Source: Vicugna vicugna (taxonomy: Eukaryota). Taken from it: a stretch of 64,000 bases of DNA. The stretch is from contig MU058198.1 in the NCBI GenBank assembly GCA_013265495.1, positions 6,215,779 through 6,279,778 on the forward strand, written 5' to 3'. Position 1 is the first letter of the stretch; every line of letters begins with the position of its first letter. Below, in pieces: positions 26,581-39,437 of the stretch. The notes below the pieces were generated by a model. It searched no databases, was not told the DNA's origin, and saw nothing but the letters and a program-made list of their open reading frames with translations. A program made the translations under genes and the position numbers.

Positions 26581-28162
26581 ACTCCCCCCTCCACCTGGAG
26601 GCCAGGCAGAGTTGCCCCCTTGGGGGAAGTGGAAGGAAGGGGAAGAGGAGGAGAGGACAGTGGGCCCCAGGAGACAACGGATGAAACTGCACAGAATGAG
26701 CAGGGCAGCCCCGGAGAGCCTCCATCCTTCACCCCATCCCCGGGAGCACTTCGGAGTGCAGTTGGCTGCCACAAAGGGTCCTGTCCCAATCTGAGTGGAC
26801 ATGGGACAACATCCTGGGAGTCAGGCCACGTGCTCACAGACCGGGCCAGTACATCCCGTTCAGAAGGAAGCTGTCCACCTGGATCCCGGCCCTTGACTCC
26901 CATATGACTTTTCCCGTAGACAACCCCCATCATGATGGCCTTGGATGCTGCAAAGCCCCCCAGGATGGAAAGTGGACCCTCTCACCTAGAAGATGATGGC
27001 GGGAGGAAGAAGAGAAAGTCCCCTGGACCATGCTTGGGTTGGACTGAGTGAAGCATGCTGGGAATCTCACACAGAGATCTAGGGCAGGGGCGCATGCTCA
27101 AATCATGGTCCTCCCCCTTTCTCCTGTGTCCTCCTCCCACATCTCCACCCCAGAAATTCACACGCCACAGCACGTGGTCTTGACATTCGCCCGAGCTTTG
27201 GACTTGGGCTGCTTCTGTGGGGAAGGGCTCTGACCCTGGGCATGACGTTCCCAGCAGCTCCCAGCCAGCCCCACGCGCAGTCTCCAGGCCCTTCTGCTAA
27301 ACAGAGATCCCTGAGCGCTTAGAGCAGGGTCCGGAGCGGTGGGAGCAGGGATCAGACTACACGGCAGAGGAGACAGCCAGGGTGGACGGCCCTCTCAAGC
27401 CTTAATTATGGCTCCCCTCTCCACACGCCCTACTAGATACAGTGGCTGAGACTGAGAGGGATTTATCATTTGTTGCCTAAGCCGGGATGCTTTTGAGATG
27501 AACAGGGGCGCAGTTAAAAATTACCCTGGGACAAGAGGAATACCGGCTCTGGACAATGACGGCAGAAGAAATGAATGAGAGAATGAGCCCCACTCTCTCC
27601 AGGGGCCCCTTCCATCTGTGGATGGCCCCTCACCTTTACCGAGGGCATTCCCCTCCACCAGGAACTTTTACACCCATCTTTTTGGTGGGCCCAGCAGTCC
27701 TCTTCGTGTGTGTCCATTTCACAGGTGAGAACTAAAGTGGGCTGAGGAGAGGTTATGTGCCCGACAGACAGTGGGGAATCTGAAAGCAGAATCCACAACT
27801 CTTTTTTCTGCCCAAACTTCTTTCATTCATTTATTCCACACACACCACCACCTGCTGTGAGCCAGCACTGGGCCGGGGGCTGAAGAAAGAGATGAATGAG
27901 GCAGATGTGGCCCCTGCCTGCTCCAGGCTCTAGTTGGGAGACAGACACAAGCAGGAAACAACCTTCGAGGGTTGGAGGCTTAGGAGGTGGGGGGGCAGGG
28001 GCCATAGGAGCTGATGTCTGGAGTCCTCTGCTCTGGGGGTCAGGGAAGGCGTCCGCGGGGTGGGTGTTCCAGCTGAGCTTGAAGGATGAGGCGCAGTTAA
28101 CCAGGTCAGAGCTGCCCGAGTATGGGGCACACCTCTCCGGGGTGCTCAAGCTTATTTTAGAC

Positions 28163-28381
28163 CAGGAGCTCTAAACCTCAGCGCTACTGGCATCTGGGGT
28201 CAGATAACCCTTTACTGTGGGGGCGACCTGCCCTGTGCGCGGCAGGATGTCTACCCATTAGATGCCAGGAGCATTCACCTCCCTCTTCCCCTAGTGGTGA
28301 CCACCCACAATGTCTCCAGACATTACCAGCTGCCCCCAGGGGAAGGGGAGGGGGAAAAACCACCCCAGGGTGAGAGCACTG
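28163..28381 (-). mobile_element. MER20 (hAT-Charlie)
   Basis: Contains ctacccattagatgccag and aatgtctccagacattacc. 8-bp TSD TTTTAGAC (28155-28162) / TTTTAGAT (28382-28389). Confidence 0.85.
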
Positions 28382-28672
28382 TTTTAGATGGACACATAAA
28401 CATCTTTACAATGGCAATGTTTTTCTTTTTACAGATTTACAATTCCCTTCTATTTATTGCAAGTGATCCTGGCTTTTTATTTCCAGTTGTGATCTGAAGC
28501 TTCCTTTCAGAATACCTTTAAGTTTCAAAACATGTGACTGATTTAGAGAAAAAGAATGCAAAGTCAGTGAGGGCACATGAATGTGGAGGGAGAAGGCACA
28601 GGCCTGAGGGGTGTGAAATGCGGAGTCAGGTGAGAGTGGGGCGGGCAGCATCCCAGGGAGCCGAAGGCGGGG

Positions 28673-28711
28673 GCGCGTGTGTGTGTGTGCACACGCCTGT
28701 GTGCGTACATG

Positions 28712-28743
<32 letters not shown>
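28673..28743. repeat. Compound alternating purine-pyrimidine tract ending in (TG)15
   Basis: gcgcgtgtgtgtgtgtgcacacgc, one break, then tgtgtgcgtacatgca and (TG)15 at 28714-28743. Confidence 0.95.
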
Positions 28744-28744
<1 letters not shown>

Positions 28745-31700
28745 TGCCTGGGAATCCCTCAGGGAGATGCCATCTTGGAGAGCGCATCTCTTCCCTCGGA
28801 GCTCAAGGCCAGCTTTCCTCTTGCCTGACAACAGATTGTCTCTCTTGGGTTGGGCACCAGAGGAAGGAACTGGCTAAACTTTCGGGGCCCAAGCGGCATG
28901 AAAGATAAGAATCTTTAAACCCTCAAAGCAGGCTCTTTGAGGCAAGATGCTCCCGTTGTTGAAGGCACTGGGGGCCCTGAAATCAGTGGAGGCAGGGGCA
29001 GCACGCTGGACAATCCTGTTCCACTGTCCTTCTGGGGCAGGCCCCCTCCCTTCAACTTTTTTCTTTTTCTACCTCTGCCTCTGTCTCCTTCTTTCTCTCT
29101 GTTTCCTTCTATCGCTGCCTCTGCCTCTCATTCTGTGTCTGGTTCTCTCTCTCTCACTTTCTCATTGTCCCAGGAATATCAAGTTACATGTGCCCAAGCA
29201 GAAGCAGCCCCCCCTCACCTCCCGTTTGGTCCATGAGGGATCTCGGCCTGCACAGAGAAACCCGGGATGGGTCTGGGGCCGAAGTTTCAGGCCGCCACCT
29301 CATCCCCTGCCAGCTGGCTCCTGCCTCAGCACACAGTGAGCAGAGTGAGTGGAGTCCTTCATAAACAGCCTCGAGAACATTCCTCCCAGGGCTACCCTTC
29401 CATCCCTCTGTCCTCCCATTAGCTGGAATGCAAATCCGACCTTCTGGCCAGTTAGAACTTAAGGGCTCTGAGCTTCCACACTTTCCTGCAGCGACGCTGT
29501 GATACCATCCAAATAGCTTCATTGTCCAGGAAGCTGCCTGCGCACTGGGAAGATGAGGCAAGTCGCCTTGCTGCAAAACCTCGGGAGAACAAAACCTCTG
29601 CACAGCCCTTCCCTTCCCTGGGGACTTTACAGTCTTAAAGTACTCAACTGTCCTGTATCTCATGTAATCCTTACCTCATCAAGAAGGCAAAGTTTTGGTG
29701 ACACTCTATTTAATAAAGGAGAAAGTGAAGCTCAGAGAGGTAAAGCAATCCACCCAGGGTCACACAGCATAAAAGGAGTGTGTTTTGAGTTCAGGTCTAG
29801 ATGTTTGATCCTTCCATCACAGTCCCTTCCATCCATTCAATTCAGTCAACAAGTATTTATTAAGCACTTACTGTGTACCAGGCACTCTTTGTGGTTCAGG
29901 AAATAAAGGAGCATGTAAAAGAAGCAAGGTCCCCGCCCTCATGGAGCTGATGTTCTTATGAAGGAAGACAGAAAATAAACACAGGAACATATTTAAATTC
30001 AGAGTTTAGCAGATGCTGTGAAGGAAAAGAGGGGACAGGAAGAAAAGAGTTAGTCTGGCCAAGGATGCTAGGGCGGGTATCTTTAGGAAGGTGACCTTTA
30101 AGCTGAGATCTGAAAATTTTGAAGACTTGGGGAAGTTAGGCCCAGGTGGTGAGAAGGACAAGCACAGAAGCCTTGAGGGGGGAAGGAAGCTGGCTGCTCT
30201 CGGCTCAGGAGCCGAGAGGGCGGGAGCCTCATCTCGTGGGACTGCGTGCTGCGAGGAGGCACTGCAGGATCTGGAGGAGGTGGGGGCTGGGGCACCGTCA
30301 GCCCCTTCTCCATGAGTGAAGCTGGTTCTGGGAGCCTCTCTGCAGGCCCCTCTCCTGACCTGGCCCAGGGGGACTCACAGAGAGGCCTGGACGCCAATGG
30401 ACGGCGGGTCCCACCTGGCCCCGCTCTGTCCTGGGACAGGAACCAAGATGGAAGCCTTCAAGATTGGGACCCAGCCACGCACGTCCAGGGTGATAGGAGG
30501 ACAAGGCAGGAGTGAGGCAGCGCAGCGAGCTCAGAGCTGGGTGTCACCCTCCACCGGTGCTAAGAGTGCCCTCAGATTGCCTGGGCAGACGGGGCACCCA
30601 TGGAGGACGGTGAGGCAGGTGTGTCACGTGGGTCACCTCCAGGCTGACATCACAGCCTTTATTCCTGTCGGCCCTGGCGTCCCTGCCTCAGACCCTCAGC
30701 ATTTCTCCTCTGTGCCTTCCTTGGGCGGGAGTGGGTCTTCCAGCCTCTCTTCTGAGGGAGACCTGGGACTCAGGCAGGTCCTCCCACTAGGGGTCCCTGG
30801 TGCTCAGAGCGGAGATTAGGGCTGGGAGGCCCTCAGACTGCGAGGGGTCAAGGCTCTGCTGTGTCTGTGAGCTGCAGAGGAGCAGAGGCAAGTGAGGGGT
30901 GGCTCTAGGTAGCACCCCCACCCCTAGGGGGCCCCTGCCTGCCCCAGCAAGGCTCGGCTGTGCAGCCACAGAGACTCCCAGCCGCAGGCTTGGCTGCCCT
31001 GCTCCTGACCTGGGCTTCCCAGAGGTGGGGTCTGCGTGTGTCTCCCTTCCCCAGGCCTCGTCCAGGAGTGGCCCTGTACGTTGCACTCCCCCCTCAAGCT
31101 GATAGAGGCCTTCTTCAACCAAAATGCTAAGTTCCATCCCAATGGTTGACTGTCCTCCAGGGCTCCTGGGGATACATCTTCCCCGTCACCCGACCCCTGC
31201 ATCCCAGACTAGACCATCTCTCCCACCTCCCTTTGCCGGTTGGGCCTCGTTCCCCAACCTGCAGACCACTGAGATGCTGTCATGGGAGACAGGACAGTGT
31301 GAACTCTGGAGTCCACATTGGGTCCAAATTTGCTTCCACTCAGTCCAGGATCTGCCTAGGTCCAAATCCTGCCTCCGACACTTACTGGCTGTGTGACCTG
31401 GGCAATTCTGTTAAGTGCTCTGTAACTCGGTTTCCCCATCTAATTATAAGAAGGAGCCGTGGGTACATGTAGTCATGTTCTACAAGTGTTGGGGCCATGC
31501 CAGTCACTGTCCATGCTTCCCCTCGAAGAGCCAGGTTTTCCAGATAAAATGACACCATCACAGCGTCCCATGCAACCTGAACCTTAGAGGAGAGGAATGA
31601 CTAACATGATGACAAGAAAAACAGAAACCTGGCTGGGTGAGGCCGGGTACTGAGAGCCACCAGGGGAAGCCTCAGGCTACAGGGGATGGAGCACCAGGAG

Positions 31701-34639
31701 ACCTGAGATCAGGAGAATCAGGGCAAGTGTGGGGCACAGGGGTGGCTCTGGGTGATGACCCAGATCTTGCCTGCTCATCACTGGTTGACTCTTATGTGGC
31801 TCCATCTCAATGGGTCTCAGAGCCTCAGGCTTCTTCAGGACTTGTGTTTGTCATGTGAGCAGTGTGTGACTTGGCTCTATCCAAAGAGAGGGGAATGAGG
31901 GGCCAGCAGTCCCTCATTCCAGCCCCCCAGACTCCCTGGCACACCTGCCGAGACACTGCTGACCTTCAAGTTTCAAACACTGGTCAGACACCTGCCTGTC
32001 ATCTCTAGACAGCCAGCAATGTCCATCTGGTCATCCAGCAAGAAAGCAAGAAATCAAGCACACAAGGATTAGAATCTTAATTCTGCAAATTCCCAGCTGT
32101 GTGTCCACGTGCAAGTTACTTAACATCTCTGAGGCTCACCTGGGAAGAAGAGTTAATATCTAATCACATCTACTCATACAACCAGTATTCCTTGAGCAGC
32201 TACTGTATGCCAGATATTGTCTTAAGTCTTGGGGACACCGTGAAGGGCAAGACAGAGTCCCTGTCCTCATGGAGCTGACATCCAAGTTGGGCAGACAGAC
32301 ACTAAATAAGTGATTTCGAGGAAGAAACAGAGTGAGGAGACAGGGTAACTGGGGAAAGCTGCTTCAGATTGGATCATCAGGGGAGGCCTCTCTGGGAAGG
32401 GACTTTAAGCTGAAACCTGAGAATAAGGAGGAGTTAAGTCATGCCAAAGCCTGTAAGAGTCCCAGGCAGAGGGGACAGCAATTGCCAAGGTCTTGGAGTG
32501 GGGAGAAGGGGTCAGTGTGGCTGCAGCCTGGGAGCCAGGGGGCAGCCAAGGGTGCAGGGAGGTGGAGAAGGACCAGCTCAGGGAGGGGCATGGGATTTTA
32601 TTCAGAACACAGCAGGAAGCCATCGGAAGGCTTTAAGCAGGGGAGGTGACACTTCCCCCATTGCCAGTCTCATTGTACAGAAAAGCACAGGGCACAGGGT
32701 AAGTACTTGATAAGCGCTGGCTGACTCTTAAGTGGGCTCTAGCCCAGTGGGTCTCAGACCCCCCAGGCCTTGCCAGGCCTTGTGATGTCATGCAGTCAGT
32801 GGGTGGCTCAGCTTTATCCAGAGAGGGAGTGTGGGGGCCGGGGAGGAGAGCAGCAGCCTCTGCTTCCCAGCCTGATGCTCTCTGAGCTCTGTCCTTGGGC
32901 ACATCCCGCCAGCCGGCCCCCTTCCCGGAGACAAATGATGGACAAGTACAAACTCAACTCATTGTCTCAAAATAGCCATCTGGGAAAAGCCAACTCCTGT
33001 GAAAAGCACGCAGAAGACCCCATTTGGGAGAAGAGTTCTCCAGGCGTGGGGCATTTCCATCAAGGGAAAGTGTCCTCCAAGGGGCTCTTAGACTCCCCGG
33101 CCACCTGGAGCAACACAACGGCTGTCTGCGGGGAGGGGGCGGGATGGAGGAGAGATGGGAGCCCAGGCGACAGCACAGTGTGAAACAGCCAGGATGGGAC
33201 GCCAGGCCCAGGCAGGGACCAGGGGAGTCGAGGGCGTGGAGGACCCTCCAAGGAGGCAAGCAGAAGGGTCAGCTGTCAAAACTGAAAATGCACCTTCCTT
33301 TTGACCCAGGAATTCCACGTCTAGGAATGTACCCTCAGAGGTATTTGCACATGTGGGCAAAGATAAATGGACAAGGACGTTCACTGCAGTAGAAGACTGA
33401 AAACACCCTAAAAGTCCACCAACAGGAGGCTAATGGTTGAATGGCAACAGAAATCTGTGTCCCCATCCCTGACCTCACCTCCTGCCCACCTTCCCCTCTC
33501 TCACTCCTCTCTGGCCACTGTGGCCCAATCCTGTCCTAAAGCAAGAGAGCACCTGGCACATTGGTGACAAGATGGAAACTCCTGGGAGCAGAAGGTGGGG
33601 ATGGCTCCTGCCTAAATCAGTCACGGGCAGTGCAGACTGGCAGGCCCCACTCCACGAGCTATCACAGGTGTCCCTCAGAGTCTCCTCCCCTCCAGTTAGG
33701 GGAGAACTCCCATCTCTCCACTAAGCCCCTACCTGCCCTGTGTAAGAGACTCCGGAGTACAGCCTTTCCCCCTACAACAGGGCTTTGGTCCCGCCTCGTT
33801 CCCTACCCAACCCCCTCCCCCAGGGCTGGATCCTATGCTTATGCAGCCCCAGCTGGCTGGAGCCCTGGCCACCAGGTCCAGGGTAAGACAATATGCTCCT
33901 CCAGAGGCTCTCCTGCTGCCCCGCCCACCAACTTAATTTCCACCAAGGCCACACCTCCAGGACCCGCCACGCCCCTCAGAGTCCAGCCTTTCACTGAGCC
34001 AATGCCTGGCCCCTCCTTGAGTTTCCCCAGAGACCAGGCCCCTTAGCACCTGGCATCTTTTGCTACACTCACTCCACTAAGTCGGTTAAAACCACTAAAA
34101 CCAAGCAGCTTCAGGGCAGTGGGTTTTACTTCCAATTTTTATTAAACTTATTAAAATTCTTGCCTCCTCCTATTCCCCCCAAAGCCCAATTTCTGCCTGG
34201 CTCTGTGCCTGGGGCCAAGCTCATTTGTATGAAAGGCCCAATGGCCTGCATATTCTCCCAATCCTGCTCCCAAAAGCAGGCAAAGGATGTGGCAGAATTT
34301 CAATCACCACGACCAGCCTCAGCGAGGCCAAGGACAGACACAGCCTGTCCCCTGAGCCCCACCTCCTGAAGATACACTGGCTGCCCCCCAGCTGACAGGT
34401 CCTGGTTCCCTTCTAGAATCTTCAGACCCCTCTGCCGGCCCCTGACTTGCTTCTAACACTCCGACTCATTCATTCAAATAACATTTATTAAGCATCCTCT
34501 ATATGCAAAGCATTGGATCAGCCACTGGGGATACAGCTGTGAATATGGCGTGGCCACTCCCCCGAGGCTAATGAGGAGGATCACATAAATAGTGAAGTCA
34601 AATCAATTATTACAAATACAAAAATAGAAATATACACAG

Positions 34640-34981
34640 TCACGATCAAAAACAGGCAGCCCATGGGCTGAATCCAACCTGCAGATGTTGGCTAGAGTTG
34701 TAAAGAATGATGAATTTTGGAAGGCAACATTTAAAAATCTGGAGGATTTCCATTAAAATATGGGAGTTTTGGCTTCTCTTATAAAACAATCAGAAAATCT
34801 GGCAACACATTTCGAGTCCACACTTCCCCTGGGTGACCCTCAGCTGGAGCCAATCGGAGCTGTGCCCTGGTGTCCACTGTCTCTCTGTCCGTGGCCTTTG
34901 CCACTCTTGCAATATCCCTGGCCACTCATTCATCTGCCTTTCCTTCCAGGCCTCTGAAGGCATTTACCTTTTCAATCCCTG
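34640..34981 (-). mobile_element. MER102 (hAT-Charlie)
   Basis: Contains gcaacatttaaaaatc...tttggcttctctt...aaaatctggcaaca. Similar to the copies at 12917, 57703 and 60282. Confidence 0.65.
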
Positions 34982-35397
34982 GAAGGGACCTGAGGGAGAG
35001 AAGAGGTCAGTTCTACCTGGGCTGCAGGAAAGGCCTGGAAGGGGAGGTGAGCTTCAAGCTGGGCTGGGAAAGGTCAGCATGTGTTCCCGGAGAGGGGGTG
35101 GGGGAGGTGGGGAAGAAGGAGAAGGGCAATCTGGGCAGGTGCACAGCCCAGGCAAAGGCAGGGAACAGAGGAACAGCTGGTTCTGGGCCTTCCCGCCCTG
35201 CTGAGTTTGGCATCGGGCTGCTCTGACGGGGCTCCCGACTCAGGACTGTCCCAACTCTGCTTCTGATCTTCTGGGACCTTCCACAGACAAGTGAGAACAA
35301 GGCTACAGGTGATGCAGACCACAAGGTGTAGGGGACATAAAAACTGGAGAGGTTTCCAACTAGATCATCTTGAAGCCACTTTATAACTCCTACTTGG

Positions 35398-36215
35398 ATT
35401 TTTTTTCAAAACTTCTTATTCTGTGATAATTGTAGACCCACAGGAGGTTTCAAAGGATGTACAAGAAGGTCTCCTGTATCGTTGACCCAGTTAACACTTA
35501 CCCAACTTGCATGGTCCTAGGGTACACTATCAAAGCCAAAAAACTGACCCTGGCACAATCAATGGTTGACTCAGATTTCACCACTTCTGCGTGCACACAT
35601 GAGTGTGTGTGTGTGTGTGTGTGTGTAGCTCTGTGCAATTTTGTGACATGTGTAGCCTTGCATAAGCACCACCACAATCAAGATACTCAACTGCACAATC
35701 ACTAGACCCCATCATGTTGCCTCTTTCTGGACACACCTATCTTCCTGCCATCCCTAAGCCCTGGCAGCCACTAATCTATTCTCCATCTCTGTAGTTACTT
35801 TATTACATGAATGTTACATAAATGAAATCATGAAATCCTTTTGAGATTGGCATAATTTCCTTAAGGGCCATCCAAGCTGCTGTGTGTATCCACAGTGGTT
35901 CCTTTTTTTTTTCGCTGAGTGGTGTTCCATGGGAGAGATGTACAGCAATTTGTTTATTTACTCACTCACTGAAGGACAGTTGGTTAGTTTCCAGTTTGGG
36001 GCTATTACAAATAAAGCTGCTATGAACACTCAAGTACAAGTTTCTATGTGAAAATAAGTCTTCCTTTCTCTGGGATCAATGCCCAAGAGTGCAGTCGCTG
36101 AGTCCCATGGTAAGTCTTACAGTAAATCCGCTTTTACCTTTGAAAATTACTGCCTAACTATTTTCCAGAGGGGATGGACCATTTTACATTCCCACCAATA
36201 ATGTATGGGTGATTA
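35398..36215 (-). mobile_element. L1M (MC/MD-like) 3' end containing a (TG)n tract
   Basis: Motifs ccctggcagccactaatctattctccatctct, ttccagtttggggctattacaaataaagctgctatgaac and ccattttacattcccacc. Confidence 0.82.
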
Positions 36216-38402
36216 ATCTTCTTCATAACTGGACTTTTATTTAAAAATAAAAAAACTAGGGGTCTCACTGGGGGCCCAACTTCATGCAGTCTCAACCTTT
36301 CTGGGCGACCCCAGGATTCCGACACCCCCCACCCCATCACTGTCAGACTGTCTCCTTCCTCTACCACCCCAGGCCATAAGCGCATGGAAAGGTGGGGGCC
36401 AAGATCTGCTCTGGGCCCAGCAGAGGCATAGCACCTAGGAGATGTTCTCTGAAGGAACTTAAATTGCACAGAACAACTGAGCAAGTCAACCAAGACCCAC
36501 AGCCAGTTAGAGAGGAGGGTAGATGCCAGCCCCCAAGGTCCCAGGGCCATAGCTTAACTCCTCTCGAAGGAGGCTCTACGTGAAAGTGCCCAGCCTGAAA
36601 GGTCACTGTCATCCTTGATCATGCAGAAAAAAAAATAACAACTCTGTTGAAAGCACAGATACACATAATGTACATAAACAGATGTGTGGTATAATCTGTG
36701 GAGTTAAGAGTTCATGAGGGGAGGGGCAATTAGGAAAAGAAAGTCTAAAACACAGAACAAGAATGAAAATAAGGTTGAGAAACTTCTTGGCAGCACATCT
36801 TGGCCTTCTGCCTGTGAAGCGGGGGAGGCTGCCCCATTGGCAGGGCAGACTTTCCAAAAAGGCACTCTGACCATCTCACTCTGCTGACTAGAACCATCAC
36901 TGGCTCCCCACTGCCTCTGGGGTAGAGTCTGAAGTGCCCAGCATGCCGCCTCTCCAGCCTCGTCCTGACCCACAGCCCCCATACCCACAGCTCAGGGTGC
37001 AGCTGCAGGAAACTACAGATTCACATGTCTCGCTGCCTTTGCACCTGCTGTTCCTTCTGCCAGAAATGCCCTTCCCTCGTTCTTTACCTGAGCTTTGCTC
37101 AAAGAACAGTCAACTCGTCACCTCTGTGAAGGCTCCTTCACCTCCCCAGGAGCTCTAGGTGCTTGCTATACTGGTTTCATGCTTCCGTGGCACCTTTAAT
37201 ACCTCAGACTGTCACTAAGGTACACTCTGTATGGCTTCTCCAGGCTGGACTCTGAGTTCCCTGAAGACAGGGGCTGCGTCTTACTCACCTGCAGCACCTA
37301 ACGGGCATCTCAAGTTAGCCTGCCCCACATCTGAACTCCTGATCCCCCCAAACAGTCTACGTACCCAGTCTGCCCCACCTGAGTGAAGAAAAAGCCATCC
37401 TTCCAGTGGCTCAGGTCACAAATCCCAGGATTTACTGTGACTCCTCTCTCTTTCCATCCCTCCATCTCCATCTCCCCTACCTCTGATCCATCAGTGCATA
37501 CTGTTGGTTCTATTTTGCAACATATGCAGAAGCTAACCACCTCTCACGCCTCCACTGTTGCCACCCTAATCTGAGCACCCACATCACTCACCAGGACTGT
37601 CGCAGTAGCCTCCTCACTGGTCTCTCTGCTTCTGCCCTTGTCAACAAAGCAGCCACCATGATCCCTCAAAGAATAGACAAAATCGTGCTTCTCTGATCAG
37701 AACTCTCCAATGGCTCTCCATCTCCTGGGGTCAAAGCCAAAGTCCTCACCAATGATAAAGTGGCCGAGGAGGCCTCCACAGTTTAACTCCCTACTCCTCC
37801 TGGTCCCTCTTGACCTTCTACCACTCTCCACCATCTTCATCCCACCCCAGACACATGGCTTCCATTCCTCAGGAAACACCAGATGCAGAGCTACCCCAGG
37901 GCCTTTGCCTTTACTGCACCCTCACTCTGGAATGCTCCTCCCCAAATATTCCCACAAGTCCCTCATTTCCTCCAAGTCTCTACTGAAATGTACCTCCCTG
38001 AGAGGTCTTTCCTGATCACCCTGTCTACAAGAGCCCCACCTCCCATTACTCGCTATCCCCTCACTTAATTTTTTGTCAAAGCATGAATCACTCTATCATC
38101 ACAGTATCATCATGTTATCTTTGTATATCTAATTATTTCTCTGTCTCCCCCACCAGACTGTACACTCCACGAGAACAGGGATGTTGTATGTTCTGATCAC
38201 TGTTGCATCTCCCAGATCTAGAACAGGGGTCGGCAAACTATGGACCTCCCACCAAATGTGGATGGTAGTCAACTCTTGTAAACAAAAGTTTTTTTTTCCC
38301 CCTAGTTTTACTGAGATATAATTGACCTGTAACATTGTATTAGTTTTAGGTGATTGGTGATTTGCTATATCAAATCACATGGTGATTTGATATTTGTATG
38401 TA

Positions 38403-38869
38403 CAGACAGCCCCCAACCTATGATTTTTTGACTTCACAATGGTGTGAACGTGATAGACACTCTATAGAATTTTGAATTTTGACCTATTCCCAAGCTGGCG
38501 ATATGCAATACAATACTGTTTTGTGATGCCAGGCAGTGACAGCCGCCACAGGTCCTAGTCAGCCACACGATCATGAAGGTAAACGACCAGTACACTTACA
38601 ACCATTCTGTACCCAGACAACTGCTCTGGTTCTCACTTTCAGTACAGTATTCAATAAATTACATGAGATAGTCAATACCTTATTATGAAAGAGGCTTTGT
38701 GTTAGATAGTTTTGCCCAACTGCAGGCTAATGTAAGTGTTCTGAGCCCATTTAAGGCAGGTCAGGCTAAGCTACGATGTTTAGTAGGTGTATTTTCAACT
38801 TATGATACTTTCCACTTAAAATGATGGGTTTATCAGGACGTAATCCCCTCTTAAGTTGAGGAAGATCTG
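38403..38869 (-). mobile_element. TcMar-Tigger non-autonomous element (Tigger5/MER47 family), 467 bp
   Basis: Termini CAGACAGCCCCCAAC ... GTTGAGGAAGATCTG, with a TA duplication at 38401-38402 and 38870-38871. The interior matches the MER47 consensus as I recall it. Confidence 0.85.
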
Positions 38870-38972
38870 TATTGTGAAATGATTACCACAGTAAGTTTAG
38901 TTAAAATCCATTGCCTCACAGAGCTAAGATTTTCTTCTTGAGATGAGAATTTTTATGATCTACTCTCTTAGA

Positions 38973-39437
38973 AACTACCAAATATATGATACCGTAGCAT
39001 TAATTTTAGTCACTGTGCTGTACATTACAACCCCAGGACTTACTCACCTTATAACTAAAAGTTTGTTCTTTTGACCATCTTCATCCATCTCACCCACCCC
39101 AACATCCTCACCTCTGGCAACTATCAATCTGTTCTCTGTATCCACTGAGTTCTATTTTTTTCTATTTCACATATAAGTGAGATCGTACAGTATTTGTCTT
39201 TTTCTGTCTGACAACTTCCAAATATATGATACCGTAGCATTAATTTTAGTCACCGTGCTGTACATTACAACCCCAGGACTTACTCACCTTATAACAAAAA
39301 GTTTGTTCTTTTGACCGTCTTCATCCATCTCACCCACCCCGACACCCTCACCTCTGGCAACTATCAATCTGTTCTCTGTATCCACTGTTTTTCACATATA
39401 AGTGAGATCGTACAGTATTTGTCTTTTTCTGTCTGAC
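38973..39437. repeat. Direct tandem duplication with copies of 240 bp and 225 bp
   Basis: Copy 1 is 38973-39212 and copy 2 is 39213-39437. By direct comparison they differ by 6 substitutions and one 15-bp length difference. Confidence 0.97.
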
